64,000 nucleotides of DNA from Acidimicrobiales bacterium (lineage in GTDB: Bacteria; Actinomycetota; Acidimicrobiia; Acidimicrobiales; SZUA-35). Every line of letters starts with the position of its first letter. Position 1 is the first letter of the stretch. A program made the translations under genes and the position numbers. The stretch lies in the NCBI GenBank assembly GCA_020629155.1, contig JAHDDW010000005.1, positions 69,703 through 133,702 on the forward strand. The letters are read 5' to 3'. The notes beneath the pieces were generated by a model. That model made no database searches and was not told the origin of the DNA. It saw only the letters and a list, made by a program, of their open reading frames with translations. Of the stretch, positions 55,802-63,932 are shown in pieces.

Positions 55802-56025
55802 CTAGATGATTTATTCCAAGTCTTCTTTCTCAGTTAAACACCTGTCTTTCCCAGCTACGCCCCGTCATTCCCAGCTACGCCCCGTCATTCCCAGCTACGA
55901 CTGGGAATCTAACCAAGGAGAGATCCCCAATCAAGTTGGGGATGACGTGATCAAGTTGGGGATGACGAGATCAAGTAGGATGACTGGAACAAGTGGGGAT
56001 GACGTGATCATGCGTAAATAAAATC
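55802..56025. repeat. composite palindromic repeat element, copy A (one recognisable terminus)
   Basis: CTAGATGATTTATTCCAAG terminus. About 2.5 x 20-bp unit CCAGCTACGCCCCGTCATTC (55851-55900). Hairpin ATTCCCAG-CTACGA-CTGGGAAT (55887-55908). AAGGAGAG spacer. Hairpin ATCCCCAA-TCAAG-TTGGGGAT (55923-55943). About 3 x 20-bp unit GATCAAGTTGGGGATGACGW, to about 56010. Confidence 0.85.
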
Positions 56026-56136
56026 AATTTGAAACGGGTTTCTATTCGATCAAATATTAAGAAAACGTTAAGAGCGCATCCGATCCTCAAAACGTTGCGT
56101 AGTATCATCTGAAGTTAACCACAAAAGGATATTCAA

Positions 56137-56781
56137 ATGAAAAATGTACTACGTGCTTCTGCACTTCTAGTAGCTCTAACAGTTGCGGGTGCTGCATGCG
56201 CAAGTGACGATCCAGAAACAACAGACGATGGTGCAACAACTGTCGATGCTGGCGACGATACAGCAACTACTGTTGACGGTGACGCTATGGAAGACGGTGA
56301 CAAAGATAAAGAAGGCGACGCTATGGAAGATGGCGACAAAGACGCTGCTGCTGAAGAACCAGCAACCGTTGCAGCCATCGTTATTGATTCTGAAGATCAC
56401 ACAATTCTTGAACAAGCGTTGGCGAAAGCTGAACTTGTAGAAACTCTTGAAGGTGACGGTCCGTTCACCGTATTCGCTCCAACAGATGCAGCGTTTGAAG
56501 CATACCTTGCAGAGGCTGATATTGAAGCTGCTGATCTTCTTGCAAGCGAAGACCTTGCTAAAATCCTAACTGGTCACGTTGTGGCTGGTCCGGCAATCAA
56601 AGCTGAAGCAATTACAGAAACAGCTCAAGAATTAGACACTGTTGCTGAAACAAAAATTGAAGCGGTTATCACTGACGGTAAAGCTACAGTAGGCGGCGCA
56701 GAAGTAAGCACCCCTGATGTTGTTGCGGGCAATGGTATCGTTCACGTTATCGACAGCGTTATTCTCCCTGCTGCTGAGTAA
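56137..56781 (+). CDS. fasciclin (FAS1) domain lipoprotein
   Basis: Signal peptide plus lipobox (LTVAGAAC), an acidic linker, then the FAS1 blocks GPFTVFAPTDAAF and GNGIVHVIDSVILP. Confidence 0.85.
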   Translation: MKNVLRASALLVALTVAGAACASDDPETTDDGATTVDAGDDTATTVDGDAMEDGDKDKEGDAMEDGDKDAAAEEPATVAAIVIDSEDHTILEQALAKAELVETLEGDGPFTVFAPTDAAFEAYLAEADIEAADLLASEDLAKILTGHVVAGPAIKAEAITETAQELDTVAETKIEAVITDGKATVGGAEVSTPDVVAGNGIVHVIDSVILPAAE

Positions 56782-56811
56782 TACTAGTAACTACTACGTA
56801 ACTAGCAATAC

Positions 56812-56850
56812 ACGAAGACCGCTTCTTTCGAGGCGGTCTTCGTCGTTTTG
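56812..56850 (+). terminator. Rho-independent terminator between the convergent fasciclin and whiB genes
   Basis: ACGAAGACCGC-N10-GCGGTCTTCGT followed by CGTTTTGG. Confidence 0.7.
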
Positions 56851-56852
56851 GT

Positions 56853-57140
56853 TTACGAAATCTCTAACGCAACAATATTTTGGGTAGGAGCTGAGACGTA
56901 GCTTCTGCGTTCTTTCTCGGTTAAACCGCCCCAAATACCGTGACGCTCATTGATGTCAACCGCATATTGTAGGCACTTGTCACGCACTGTGCAGGTGGCG
57001 CAAATCTCTTTAGCCCGCTGCTCGCGACGTTTCTTATCCTTGCGTCTTTCCAGACGTACCGGAGGAAAGAAAATAAACTGGTTTGGTCCGCGACACGCAG
57101 CTTGCATGTGCCAAAGTTCTTCTGCTCGATATGCACTCAC
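56853..57140 (-). CDS. WhiB-family Fe-S transcriptional regulator
   Basis: The four Cys pattern C-x(n)-CxxCxxxxxC (AACRG ... CATCTVRDKC) followed by HGIWGG. The start may be the internal Met at 57107. Confidence 0.9.
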   Translation of the reverse strand: MSAYRAEELWHMQAACRGPNQFIFFPPVRLERRKDKKRREQRAKEICATCTVRDKCLQYAVDINERHGIWGGLTEKERRSYVSAPTQNIVALEIS

Positions 57141-57285
57141 GTAATCCCCTTCCGTGCCCGAGTGATACTAGTACACTTGTTGTCGCTTCGACAAGAGCAG
57201 GGGGTCAATTACCTCAGGAGGAAGTCTCTTTAGGGCATCTTTAAAAATTGTATATACCCTCGGTATTTCTGCTTCCCTCGGGTGC

Positions 57286-58611
57286 TTAACTTCGATCTCT
57301 GTAATCTTTTGCGGCACCTTCTAACGGTTCGACCTCTAATGTGAGATGGTCAATACCTGTTACCTTTATCGCATCGCCTTCACGTATTGGCGTCGCACGG
57401 TTGGTGATCGCAAGCCAAGGAACGTCGTTAACAAGCACTGTCCCTTTGGGGCTTATAGCCGTTTGTGCTTTGCCGTCATGGCCAATCATCCAGCTGCGGC
57501 CGATTGTCGGTGTCGAAAATCTTGTACGAACCATCGACGGCATCGCCGTATAGACGTAAAGGGCTGCACTCACTAGGCCAATAACTAATGTTATTTTCGA
57601 CATTGACATGTCGTCGAAAAGAAAGACAGACCCTATGGTAAAAGCGGCGAGCCCGATAATTGAATAGAAACCTGGCAAGTTTGTTTGTATATCGATCGCG
57701 AATAGAAATAGCGCAATAAAAATAAGTACTAGCGCCCACGTATTGATAGGCAACAAATAGAGGCCATAGCAGCTAAGAACAAAAAGTCCTGCACCTAGAA
57801 GCCCTGCTATGCCAACACCGGCAGTGTAAAATTCAAAGAGGAGCAGGCCTAAACCGAGAAATAAGAATAAATAAGCTATTTCAGGGCTAGCCGCTGAATG
57901 AAAAAACTGTGGGCCAATAGGAAGCGAAGAGGTTTCCGCCACGGTCGTCGGCCGTATTTCGGCACTGCCTGTTGCGTTAAGGCACGTTATGGTTTCATAT
58001 TTGTCAAATGTAATTAAAAACTGTTTAATGCTAGGGTTGCTTCGTGGTCCGACAGCTATTCCAGCTGTAACTGCTTCATCGCCGTTAAGAGAGCCTTCAA
58101 GTAATGCTGGGTTTAACGGTTTTCCAAAATTTTCTTCGAGGCGAGGTTCTCCCACGTCGCCGATCGCCGAATCTGGCGTGACCCCTACTTTGTCAACCAC
58201 ACGGGCAAGTTCAGCGACACCCCCTCTTGCTTGAGCCCTGTTTTGGCCTACCCAAAGACCAGTTTCTAAAGGGCTATCTAGCAGACGTTGCGCAAGGTTT
58301 TGATATTTCTCTTGTGAAAGAACAGAACCTAGGCTGTCAACTTTAAGAACAAAACCCGCCGAGTTGCCGTGATTCTCTGCATTGTCTAGACGGTCAAGAA
58401 TGTAGGTGTATGTCACATCATCAAGAAGGCCTGATGTTATCGCAATATGGATTGTTCCACTGTCTTCGGAACTCTCGCCCTTGGCCAGAGTGTCGCAGTT
58501 TACAACTTCGTCTTGCGCTGCCACAGGTGTTGCGAAAGAGAATAGCGAAACAAAGATAAAAGAAAACGCAGCAACAAGTAGGCCTACGTTTTTGTGACTT
58601 CTATTTTTCAC
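57286..58611 (-). CDS. NfeD-family membrane protein (ClpP-like N-domain, TM core, C-terminal OB fold)
   Basis: 441 aa: signal/TM, soluble domain, 4-5 TM helices, then a C-terminal ...GKAQTAISPKGTVLVNDVPWLAITNRATPIREGDAIKVTGIDHLTLEVEP NfeD-type OB domain. Confidence 0.7.
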   Translation of the reverse strand: MKNRSHKNVGLLVAAFSFIFVSLFSFATPVAAQDEVVNCDTLAKGESSEDSGTIHIAITSGLLDDVTYTYILDRLDNAENHGNSAGFVLKVDSLGSVLSQEKYQNLAQRLLDSPLETGLWVGQNRAQARGGVAELARVVDKVGVTPDSAIGDVGEPRLEENFGKPLNPALLEGSLNGDEAVTAGIAVGPRSNPSIKQFLITFDKYETITCLNATGSAEIRPTTVAETSSLPIGPQFFHSAASPEIAYLFLFLGLGLLLFEFYTAGVGIAGLLGAGLFVLSCYGLYLLPINTWALVLIFIALFLFAIDIQTNLPGFYSIIGLAAFTIGSVFLFDDMSMSKITLVIGLVSAALYVYTAMPSMVRTRFSTPTIGRSWMIGHDGKAQTAISPKGTVLVNDVPWLAITNRATPIREGDAIKVTGIDHLTLEVEPLEGAAKDYRDRS

Positions 58612-58628
58612 TGATGCCGCCGATGAAT

Positions 58629-58988
58629 TTAGGTGGAGCTCGTAGAGCTTTGTTTTAAAGCCTCTTCTGCTTCTTCTAACGAATCAGCCACAGGCACAAT
58701 ACGATCAAACCCAGTGGTGTGAAGCAGGCGAGTCAACGCAGACCGGCTGCAAGCAACAGCGACCGCACCGTCGGCTTCTCTCGTGCGGCGAATGCCGCCG
58801 ATAAGAGCGCCAAGACCCGCAGAATCCATGAAAGGTACTTCGGAAAGATCTATAAGCAAGTGACTTACGTCAGATTCAGCCAGTTTTGTTAACGCTTCAC
58901 GGAACGCAACAACTGTATAGGCGTCTAATTCGCCTGTTGGCTGACACAACGTATAGTTTTCTTTTTCTTCTATGTTTATTTCTAGCAC
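58629..58988 (-). CDS. STAS-domain anti-sigma-factor antagonist
   Basis: 119 aa: ...LLIDLSEVPFMDSAGLGALIG..., the SpoIIAA/RsbV pattern with the phosphorylatable Ser in DSAG. Confidence 0.85.
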   Translation of the reverse strand: MLEINIEEKENYTLCQPTGELDAYTVVAFREALTKLAESDVSHLLIDLSEVPFMDSAGLGALIGGIRRTREADGAVAVACSRSALTRLLHTTGFDRIVPVADSLEEAEEALKQSSTSST

Positions 58989-59083
58989 TTGGCCCGTCTC
59001 CTTTGTTGGTTTGGGCAGTGCTATTATACTAGCGTCGAATTTGTGGTAGGGGTCGACAATATTTGCCCATAGTCTATATTACT

Positions 59084-59461
59084 GTGAAAACTATTTTATT
59101 AGCCACTGATTCGAGCAGCATTTTTGCCGATATTGATTCTGCTTTAGCAAGTGAAAACATTTCTGTGCTTCGAGTCAAAGCAGGTAGCGATGTCCTCGGT
59201 GCCGTGAAAGATCACAACCCCGATGTTGTTTTGCTTGACATGCAAATAGGCAATATGGGTGGCATAGCATGCTGTTTAGAGTTGCGGCAAGAAGAAGGTG
59301 CGCAGCGTCTTGAGCCTCGACCTATCGGGCTGCTGCTCGATAGAGAAGCCGATAACTTTCTGGCGCAGCAAGTTAAGGCTGATGGCTGGCTGCAAAAACC
59401 ATTAACGTCACTACGGTTGCGTAACTTCTTTAAAGAGCTTAGCGGTGTGTCGTTTAATTAA
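59084..59461 (+). CDS. single-domain CheY-like receiver protein (atypical acidic pocket)
   Basis: From GTG 59084: (M)KTILLATDSSSIF...NPDVVLLDMQIGNMGG...GLLLDREAD. Receiver fold with the Asp in LLDMQ, but TDS replaces the usual N-terminal DD pair. Confidence 0.6.
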   Translation: MKTILLATDSSSIFADIDSALASENISVLRVKAGSDVLGAVKDHNPDVVLLDMQIGNMGGIACCLELRQEEGAQRLEPRPIGLLLDREADNFLAQQVKADGWLQKPLTSLRLRNFFKELSGVSFN

Positions 59462-59695
59462 TTGACGGGTTCAAAACCGCTAGTACTGCCAGGTAGTGAC
59501 AGTTTCTCCTCCTAGTCAAAATCTCAAATACCTCGCCATAACCACGCCACTATTTAGACGACACACTAGTTTATGGCTGACAGTAGAATTTGAGTCGAAC
59601 GCAGGCTCGTGTCGATAAAGCTGTGTAAAGTCACAGCTTTCTGCTGCGTAGCTAGCTGCCGCAGTCAGCGGTGAATCATGCTGTAAACTATTTTT

Positions 59696-60577
59696 ATGAG
59701 AAAAACCCTTGTTCTTTTTGCCCTTTTCCTCGGTATCGCCGCAGCTTGTTCAAGCGGCAAAGACGCTATCACTTCAGGAAGCGATGATGCGGAGACAACC
59801 GAGTCGCAAGACGGAACTGTTCTGATTGACAGCGGTGACACGCTTGCTGACGAAAACAAAAATGCTAGTTCTTCAGACATGTCTGATGGCAGTGCATCTT
59901 CTGACAGCTCGAACTCAGCTACTCCTGTAACTACTAGCACTTCATCGGCTGGGCAAGATAGCAAGTCGCCACCAACGACTCAGCCGTATCAAATTGGCGC
60001 AGCATCTGGACAAACCATGGCTGTGGTTGGTGTCGACTATAACGATACGCTCAATTTCCGCACAGACCCTAATCCAAGCGCATCGATCGTGGTCTCAGTG
60101 CCTCCGCTTGCAGACAATCCAGCTATCGTTTCGCAAGGCCAAGGGGTGCTAACCAACAATGGTGCATGGTGGAATGTGGAAGTTGGCGGCACGCAAGCAT
60201 GGGCTAATGTTACTTTTCTCGCTTCGCTAGGGACGTCGCTTCCGATTAGCAATGAAATTACGCCGAAATTGCCATCACAGCAGGCAGCGTCAGCAGAACT
60301 ATTAGTTAAAGCAGTTGCTGGCACTCGCACAGGCGATTTGGTGAAAACGACGATAGTGCAACAACCAGAAGCAAGCGATGCCATAGGCGGCGAAGTTATC
60401 TTTGATGTAACAGGCTACCTCGATGACTCAGTGCAAGGGGAGCGTATCGCAATGCAGTACAAATTTGTATGGGACAACCCGACGTCTGCAAATCGTAGCG
60501 TTATCGCATATGAGTTTCTTTCAGCTTCTTCTCAAGCACTGTGCAGCCGAGGAACTCTAAACGGCGTGTGTGTCTAG
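59696..60577 (+). CDS. lipoprotein with Ser/Thr/Asp-rich linker and SH3b-like domain
   Basis: MRKTLVLFALFLGIAAACSSG lipobox. ...LNFRTDPNPSASIVVSVP......GAWWNVEVGGTQAWANVTFL resembles a bacterial SH3 domain. Confidence 0.6.
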   Translation: MRKTLVLFALFLGIAAACSSGKDAITSGSDDAETTESQDGTVLIDSGDTLADENKNASSSDMSDGSASSDSSNSATPVTTSTSSAGQDSKSPPTTQPYQIGAASGQTMAVVGVDYNDTLNFRTDPNPSASIVVSVPPLADNPAIVSQGQGVLTNNGAWWNVEVGGTQAWANVTFLASLGTSLPISNEITPKLPSQQAASAELLVKAVAGTRTGDLVKTTIVQQPEASDAIGGEVIFDVTGYLDDSVQGERIAMQYKFVWDNPTSANRSVIAYEFLSASSQALCSRGTLNGVCV

Positions 60578-60887
60578 ATAGTTTATTCCAAGGTGTTTGT
60601 ATCGCATCATCCCCAACGTAACCCGTCATCCCACTTGATCTCGTCGTCCCCTACTTAGTCTTGTCATCCCACTTGATCTCGTCGTCCCCTACTTAGTCTT
60701 GTCATCCCACTTGATCTCGTCATCCCCAACTTGATTGGGGATCTCCTTGGTTAGATTCCCAATCGTAGCTGGGAATGACGGTGGTGGTAGCTGGGAATGA
60801 CGGTGGTGGTAGCTGGGAATGACGTTGGTGGTGGCTGGGAGTGACACGTGTTTAGCTGAGAAAGAGGACTTGGAATAAACCATCTAG
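60574..60887. mobile_element. MITE-like composite palindromic repeat element, copy B (both termini present)
   Basis: The termini CTAGATAGTTTATTCCAAGG (60574-60593) and the reverse complement of 60868-60887, CTAGATGGTTTATTCCAAGT, form inverted repeats. Interior: 38-bp x 2.7 array (60625-60727), two 7-8-bp hairpins, and a 22-bp x ~3.5 array (60766-60845). Collinear with copy A in the opposite orientation. Confidence 0.7.
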
Positions 60888-61384
60888 CGTCTGAGCAGCT
60901 TTTGTTTCAACCAGCGCCACGGGATAAACCGAGGCGTCTGTTTCATATGTCGCTCGTAGTCTTCGTATCTTTCGCAGAGTTGGTTCTCTTCCCAAATAGC
61001 CTTTTGGTTAAAAAAGACAGCAGTCGCCACGCCGATGAAAACATGGAGCCAACTGCTGGACAATACAACAAGCCCAGCAACCGCAAGTAGAACGCCGCTA
61101 TATATAGGATGGCGTACAACTTGATAGAAGCCGCCAGTTCTGAGCTGGCCATGTTTGCGAGGCACAGGCGTTGGTGTTAACGACGAGCCAAGGTGTAGCG
61201 CTGCGATAGCCATGACAATAAAACCTGCGATAGTGCAAATTCGTCCAACCAGAACAAGCCAAGGTTGCATTGGCCAGTCATCGCTGCCTGGAAGCAGCAC
61301 AAGCAAACCGATCGCTATGAACTGCACCGTAACGTAGAGCCAGCCAACTATAGTGCGGCGGGCCCTGTTTGTGTCACTGTTCAT
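60884..61384 (-). CDS. isoprenylcysteine carboxyl methyltransferase (ICMT/PEMT)-family membrane methyltransferase
   Basis: Multi-TM protein with TGGFYQVVRHPIYSGVLL, the ICMT-family motif. Confidence 0.75.
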   Translation of the reverse strand: MNSDTNRARRTIVGWLYVTVQFIAIGLLVLLPGSDDWPMQPWLVLVGRICTIAGFIVMAIAALHLGSSLTPTPVPRKHGQLRTGGFYQVVRHPIYSGVLLAVAGLVVLSSSWLHVFIGVATAVFFNQKAIWEENQLCERYEDYERHMKQTPRFIPWRWLKQKLLRR

Positions 61385-61402
61385 AGCTATGATAGTAGCT
61401 AG

Positions 61403-61849
61403 TTATAGAGGGCCTAACACGTTTAGAATGCTTTGTGAATACGACGGCGGTTTTGTGAATTTGAAATGCGGGTATACCTCTAGCAACGGTTCCATCACAA
61501 AATCTCGCTCAGTCATGCGTGGATGAGGAATCGTCAGCCCAGGTTCGTGAAGCTGCTCGTCACCATAGAGAAGAATATCGATATCTAAAGTGCGTGGCCC
61601 CCAACGAACTTCTCTTTTTCGGTCAGCTTTTTGCTCGATGTCTTGACAAAAAGCGAGCAAATCTTGTGGTGAAAGATGTGTGGACGCTTTCACCACAATG
61701 TTATAAAAGTTAGCCTGTTGCGGACCGCCTACGGGTTTGGTTTCATAGAGCTGAGAAATAGCGACAGCGCCTGGAAATTGTCCCACTGCTTCCCTAAGAA
61801 ATGCTCGACGGTTGCCGATGTTAGAACCCATAGCTAAAAAAACTTGCAT
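61403..61849 (-). CDS. folK: 2-amino-4-hydroxy-6-hydroxymethyldihydropteridine diphosphokinase
   Basis: FLAMGSNIGNR start, ...YETKPVG..Q..F.N..., ...RWGPRTLDIDILLYG..., ...IPHPRM.ER.FV..PL. Confidence 0.9.
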   Translation of the reverse strand: MQVFLAMGSNIGNRRAFLREAVGQFPGAVAISQLYETKPVGGPQQANFYNIVVKASTHLSPQDLLAFCQDIEQKADRKREVRWGPRTLDIDILLYGDEQLHEPGLTIPHPRMTERDFVMEPLLEVYPHFKFTKPPSYSQSILNVLGPL

Positions 61850-61975
61850 AGTGGCAGCCTAGTGGCGAGCTGCATCGTATCGGTGCTCTCAACTGCTAAC
61901 GGCCAATGTATTGTTAACCCCTATTAGACCTGCATGTCAGAACTGACTATGATAGCCAAACCTGAAAGGAGATAG

Positions 61976-63340
61976 ATGTCATCAGAAAGTTCAATAAAGG
62001 TGCGCGATGAAGCGTGGAGCGGCAGCGACAATTTCTTAGCAAAGGCTTTCGCTCGTCCAATGGTTAAATTTGTTGCTCAAGAAGCGGCCTCTGGGGTGCT
62101 ACTTCTTATTGCGACAGCCATAGCGCTTTTTTGGGCAAACAGCATATGGAGTGACAGCTATCATCATCTTTGGGAAACAAAACTGACGCTTAAACTTGGC
62201 GACACAAAAATTTTAGCGGAGTCGCTAGAACACATTGTTAACGATGGATTAATGGTGCTGTTTTTCTTTGTCATAGGTCTAGAAATTAAATCGGAAATAA
62301 CGACAGGAGATTTGCGAGAACCTCGGGTTGCTGCACTGCCAGTGATGGCCGCAATTGGTGGTATGGTCCTCCCAGCTCTCTTTTTCGTTGCTATAACTGC
62401 AGGCAACCCAGGGGCTAACGGTTGGGGTGTCCCTATGGCTACTGATATAGCTTTTGCTTTAGGGGTGCTGGCTTTAATGGGGCCGCGTATTCCGCAGAAA
62501 CTAAAACTGTTTCTGCTGACGTTAGCTATTGTCGACGACATCGGCGGCATTTTAGTAATAGCTATCTTTTATACAAACTCTATTAATTATCAGTGGCTTT
62601 CTGTGGCGCTTGCGTTGCTTATGGTCGTCATAATGTTGAAACGTTTCCGTGTCTGGTATCTACCTGTCTATATTATTTTGGGGATCATCATCTGGTATGC
62701 AACGCTAGAATCTGGCGTACACGCTACTATTGCCGGGGTCATCTTAGGATTGTTGACCCCAGCAAAGCCGCTGTTGGCGAAACGTACTTTTGAAGGTCTT
62801 GAAGATATTGTCAGCGGCGAGGTTATCGAATCTGAAGAAGTCAAAGAAATTGGATGGTTAACAAGAGAGTCTGTTCCAATGACAACTCGTCTCGCCCATA
62901 CACTTAGTCCTTGGACTTCGTTTCTGGTGATACCACTTTTTGCATTAGCTAACGCAGGTATCACCTTTTCTTCCGAGTCTGTAGGCAAAGCGTTAGACTC
63001 ACCTGTCGCATGGGGAATTGTCGCTGGTTTAGTGGTCGGTAAACCGCTAGGAGTTTTTGTTGCTACCTATCTGGCTGTTAAAACAAAGCTGGCTTCGCTG
63101 CCTGAAAACGTCACGTTTCTTCATGTTCTCGGCGGTGGCGCAGTGGCAGGTATCGGATTTACCCTGTCGTTATTCATAGCGAAATTAGCGTTTGTGGATG
63201 ATGAAGGTAAACCGCTGCCGATTTTAGACGCCGCAATATTTGGCGTGCTGGTGGCCTCTATTGCTGCTGCGATTATCGGTTGGCTAATTCTACGCGCCTG
63301 TAAACCAGTCGATGAAAACGCAACTACACATACACATTGA
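61976..63340 (+). CDS. nhaA: Na+/H+ antiporter NhaA
   Basis: 454 aa with about 12 TM helices: ...INDGLM.LFFFV.GLEIK.E...G.L, ...GW.VPMATDIAFALGVLAL.G..., ...LTLAIVDDIGGI.VIAIFY. Confidence 0.9.
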   Translation: MSSESSIKVRDEAWSGSDNFLAKAFARPMVKFVAQEAASGVLLLIATAIALFWANSIWSDSYHHLWETKLTLKLGDTKILAESLEHIVNDGLMVLFFFVIGLEIKSEITTGDLREPRVAALPVMAAIGGMVLPALFFVAITAGNPGANGWGVPMATDIAFALGVLALMGPRIPQKLKLFLLTLAIVDDIGGILVIAIFYTNSINYQWLSVALALLMVVIMLKRFRVWYLPVYIILGIIIWYATLESGVHATIAGVILGLLTPAKPLLAKRTFEGLEDIVSGEVIESEEVKEIGWLTRESVPMTTRLAHTLSPWTSFLVIPLFALANAGITFSSESVGKALDSPVAWGIVAGLVVGKPLGVFVATYLAVKTKLASLPENVTFLHVLGGGAVAGIGFTLSLFIAKLAFVDDEGKPLPILDAAIFGVLVASIAAAIIGWLILRACKPVDENATTHTH

Positions 63341-63341
63341 T

Positions 63342-63932
63342 TTATCGGCGGAGGCTAACGCTAACTTCTGGACAAAGACTTACTAAGCGCTCTTTCATGC
63401 GTGGGTGCGTCACGCTGGTTTTTGTGAAGTTGCAGTTGAACTGTGGGAAACGTCCAGTTAATTTCATGTCGCCACAGTCTGCTAGTCCTCGAAGGCATTG
63501 GGACTCTAGAGAATTGTAGATGTCTCGCCACACTTGTTGCCTGCTGACGCCTGCCTTGAGTTTTTGAACCCATTCATCGTCGTCATAAAGCGCTTCAGGT
63601 CGCAGGAGGCAGTCCCAAAAAAGCTTTTCGATGTAGCTAAGGTCTGAACCGCTATGTCTGGTGTAGCTTGCGCAAGAAGCAGGAGTATTTCGTGTAGAAA
63701 CATACATAGCTCCTGTCACTATTTTGCCATCACGTGTGCGGACAGTTGTTTGAACAGGTGTCGTTGTCGTAAGAGCGGCTGTTGTGGACGGCGCAATTTC
63801 TAGTAAAAAGGTTTCTTTCGGTAAGGTAGAAATTGTGACGGAAGGGACTATATCAGCTGGCGTCATTGTTGTGGTTGAAAGAGACAAGAGTTCGTCTGTC
63901 TGTATGGCGTTAGCCTGGTGATCTACAGCCAA
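63342..63932 (-). CDS. hypothetical protein with Thr-rich linker and DUF4214-like C-terminus (5' end probably beyond the window)
   Basis: The frame stays open upstream of the annotated TTG start, as far as I traced it (~63960); it may run to the window edge. The C-terminal ...LFWDCLLRPEALYDDDEWVQKLKAGVSRQQVWRDIYNSLE resembles DUF4214. Confidence 0.45.
   Translation of the reverse strand: MAVDHQANAIQTDELLSLSTTTMTPADIVPSVTISTLPKETFLLEIAPSTTAALTTTTPVQTTVRTRDGKIVTGAMYVSTRNTPASCASYTRHSGSDLSYIEKLFWDCLLRPEALYDDDEWVQKLKAGVSRQQVWRDIYNSLESQCLRGLADCGDMKLTGRFPQFNCNFTKTSVTHPRMKERLVSLCPEVSVSLRR

Noticed and set aside
55806-56021. 71-aa ORF (MIYSKSSFSVKHLSFPAT...) and its look-alike at 60689-60883 (MVYSKSSFSAKHVSLPAT...), as a possible conserved small protein
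   Set aside because: The similarity is at the nucleotide-repeat level. The two copies differ by non-3n indels (20- versus 22-bp units, and an AG indel in the core), so the reading frames are not preserved through the element. Substitutions show no synonymous bias. I treat both as non-coding repeat DNA. Low confidence remains for the shared first ~18 codons.
60625-60845. CRISPR array, given the regularly spaced 22-bp and 38-bp repeats
   Set aside because: The units are directly tandem with no unique spacers, there are only 2-4 copies, and no cas genes are present. This is a VNTR inside a MITE-like element.
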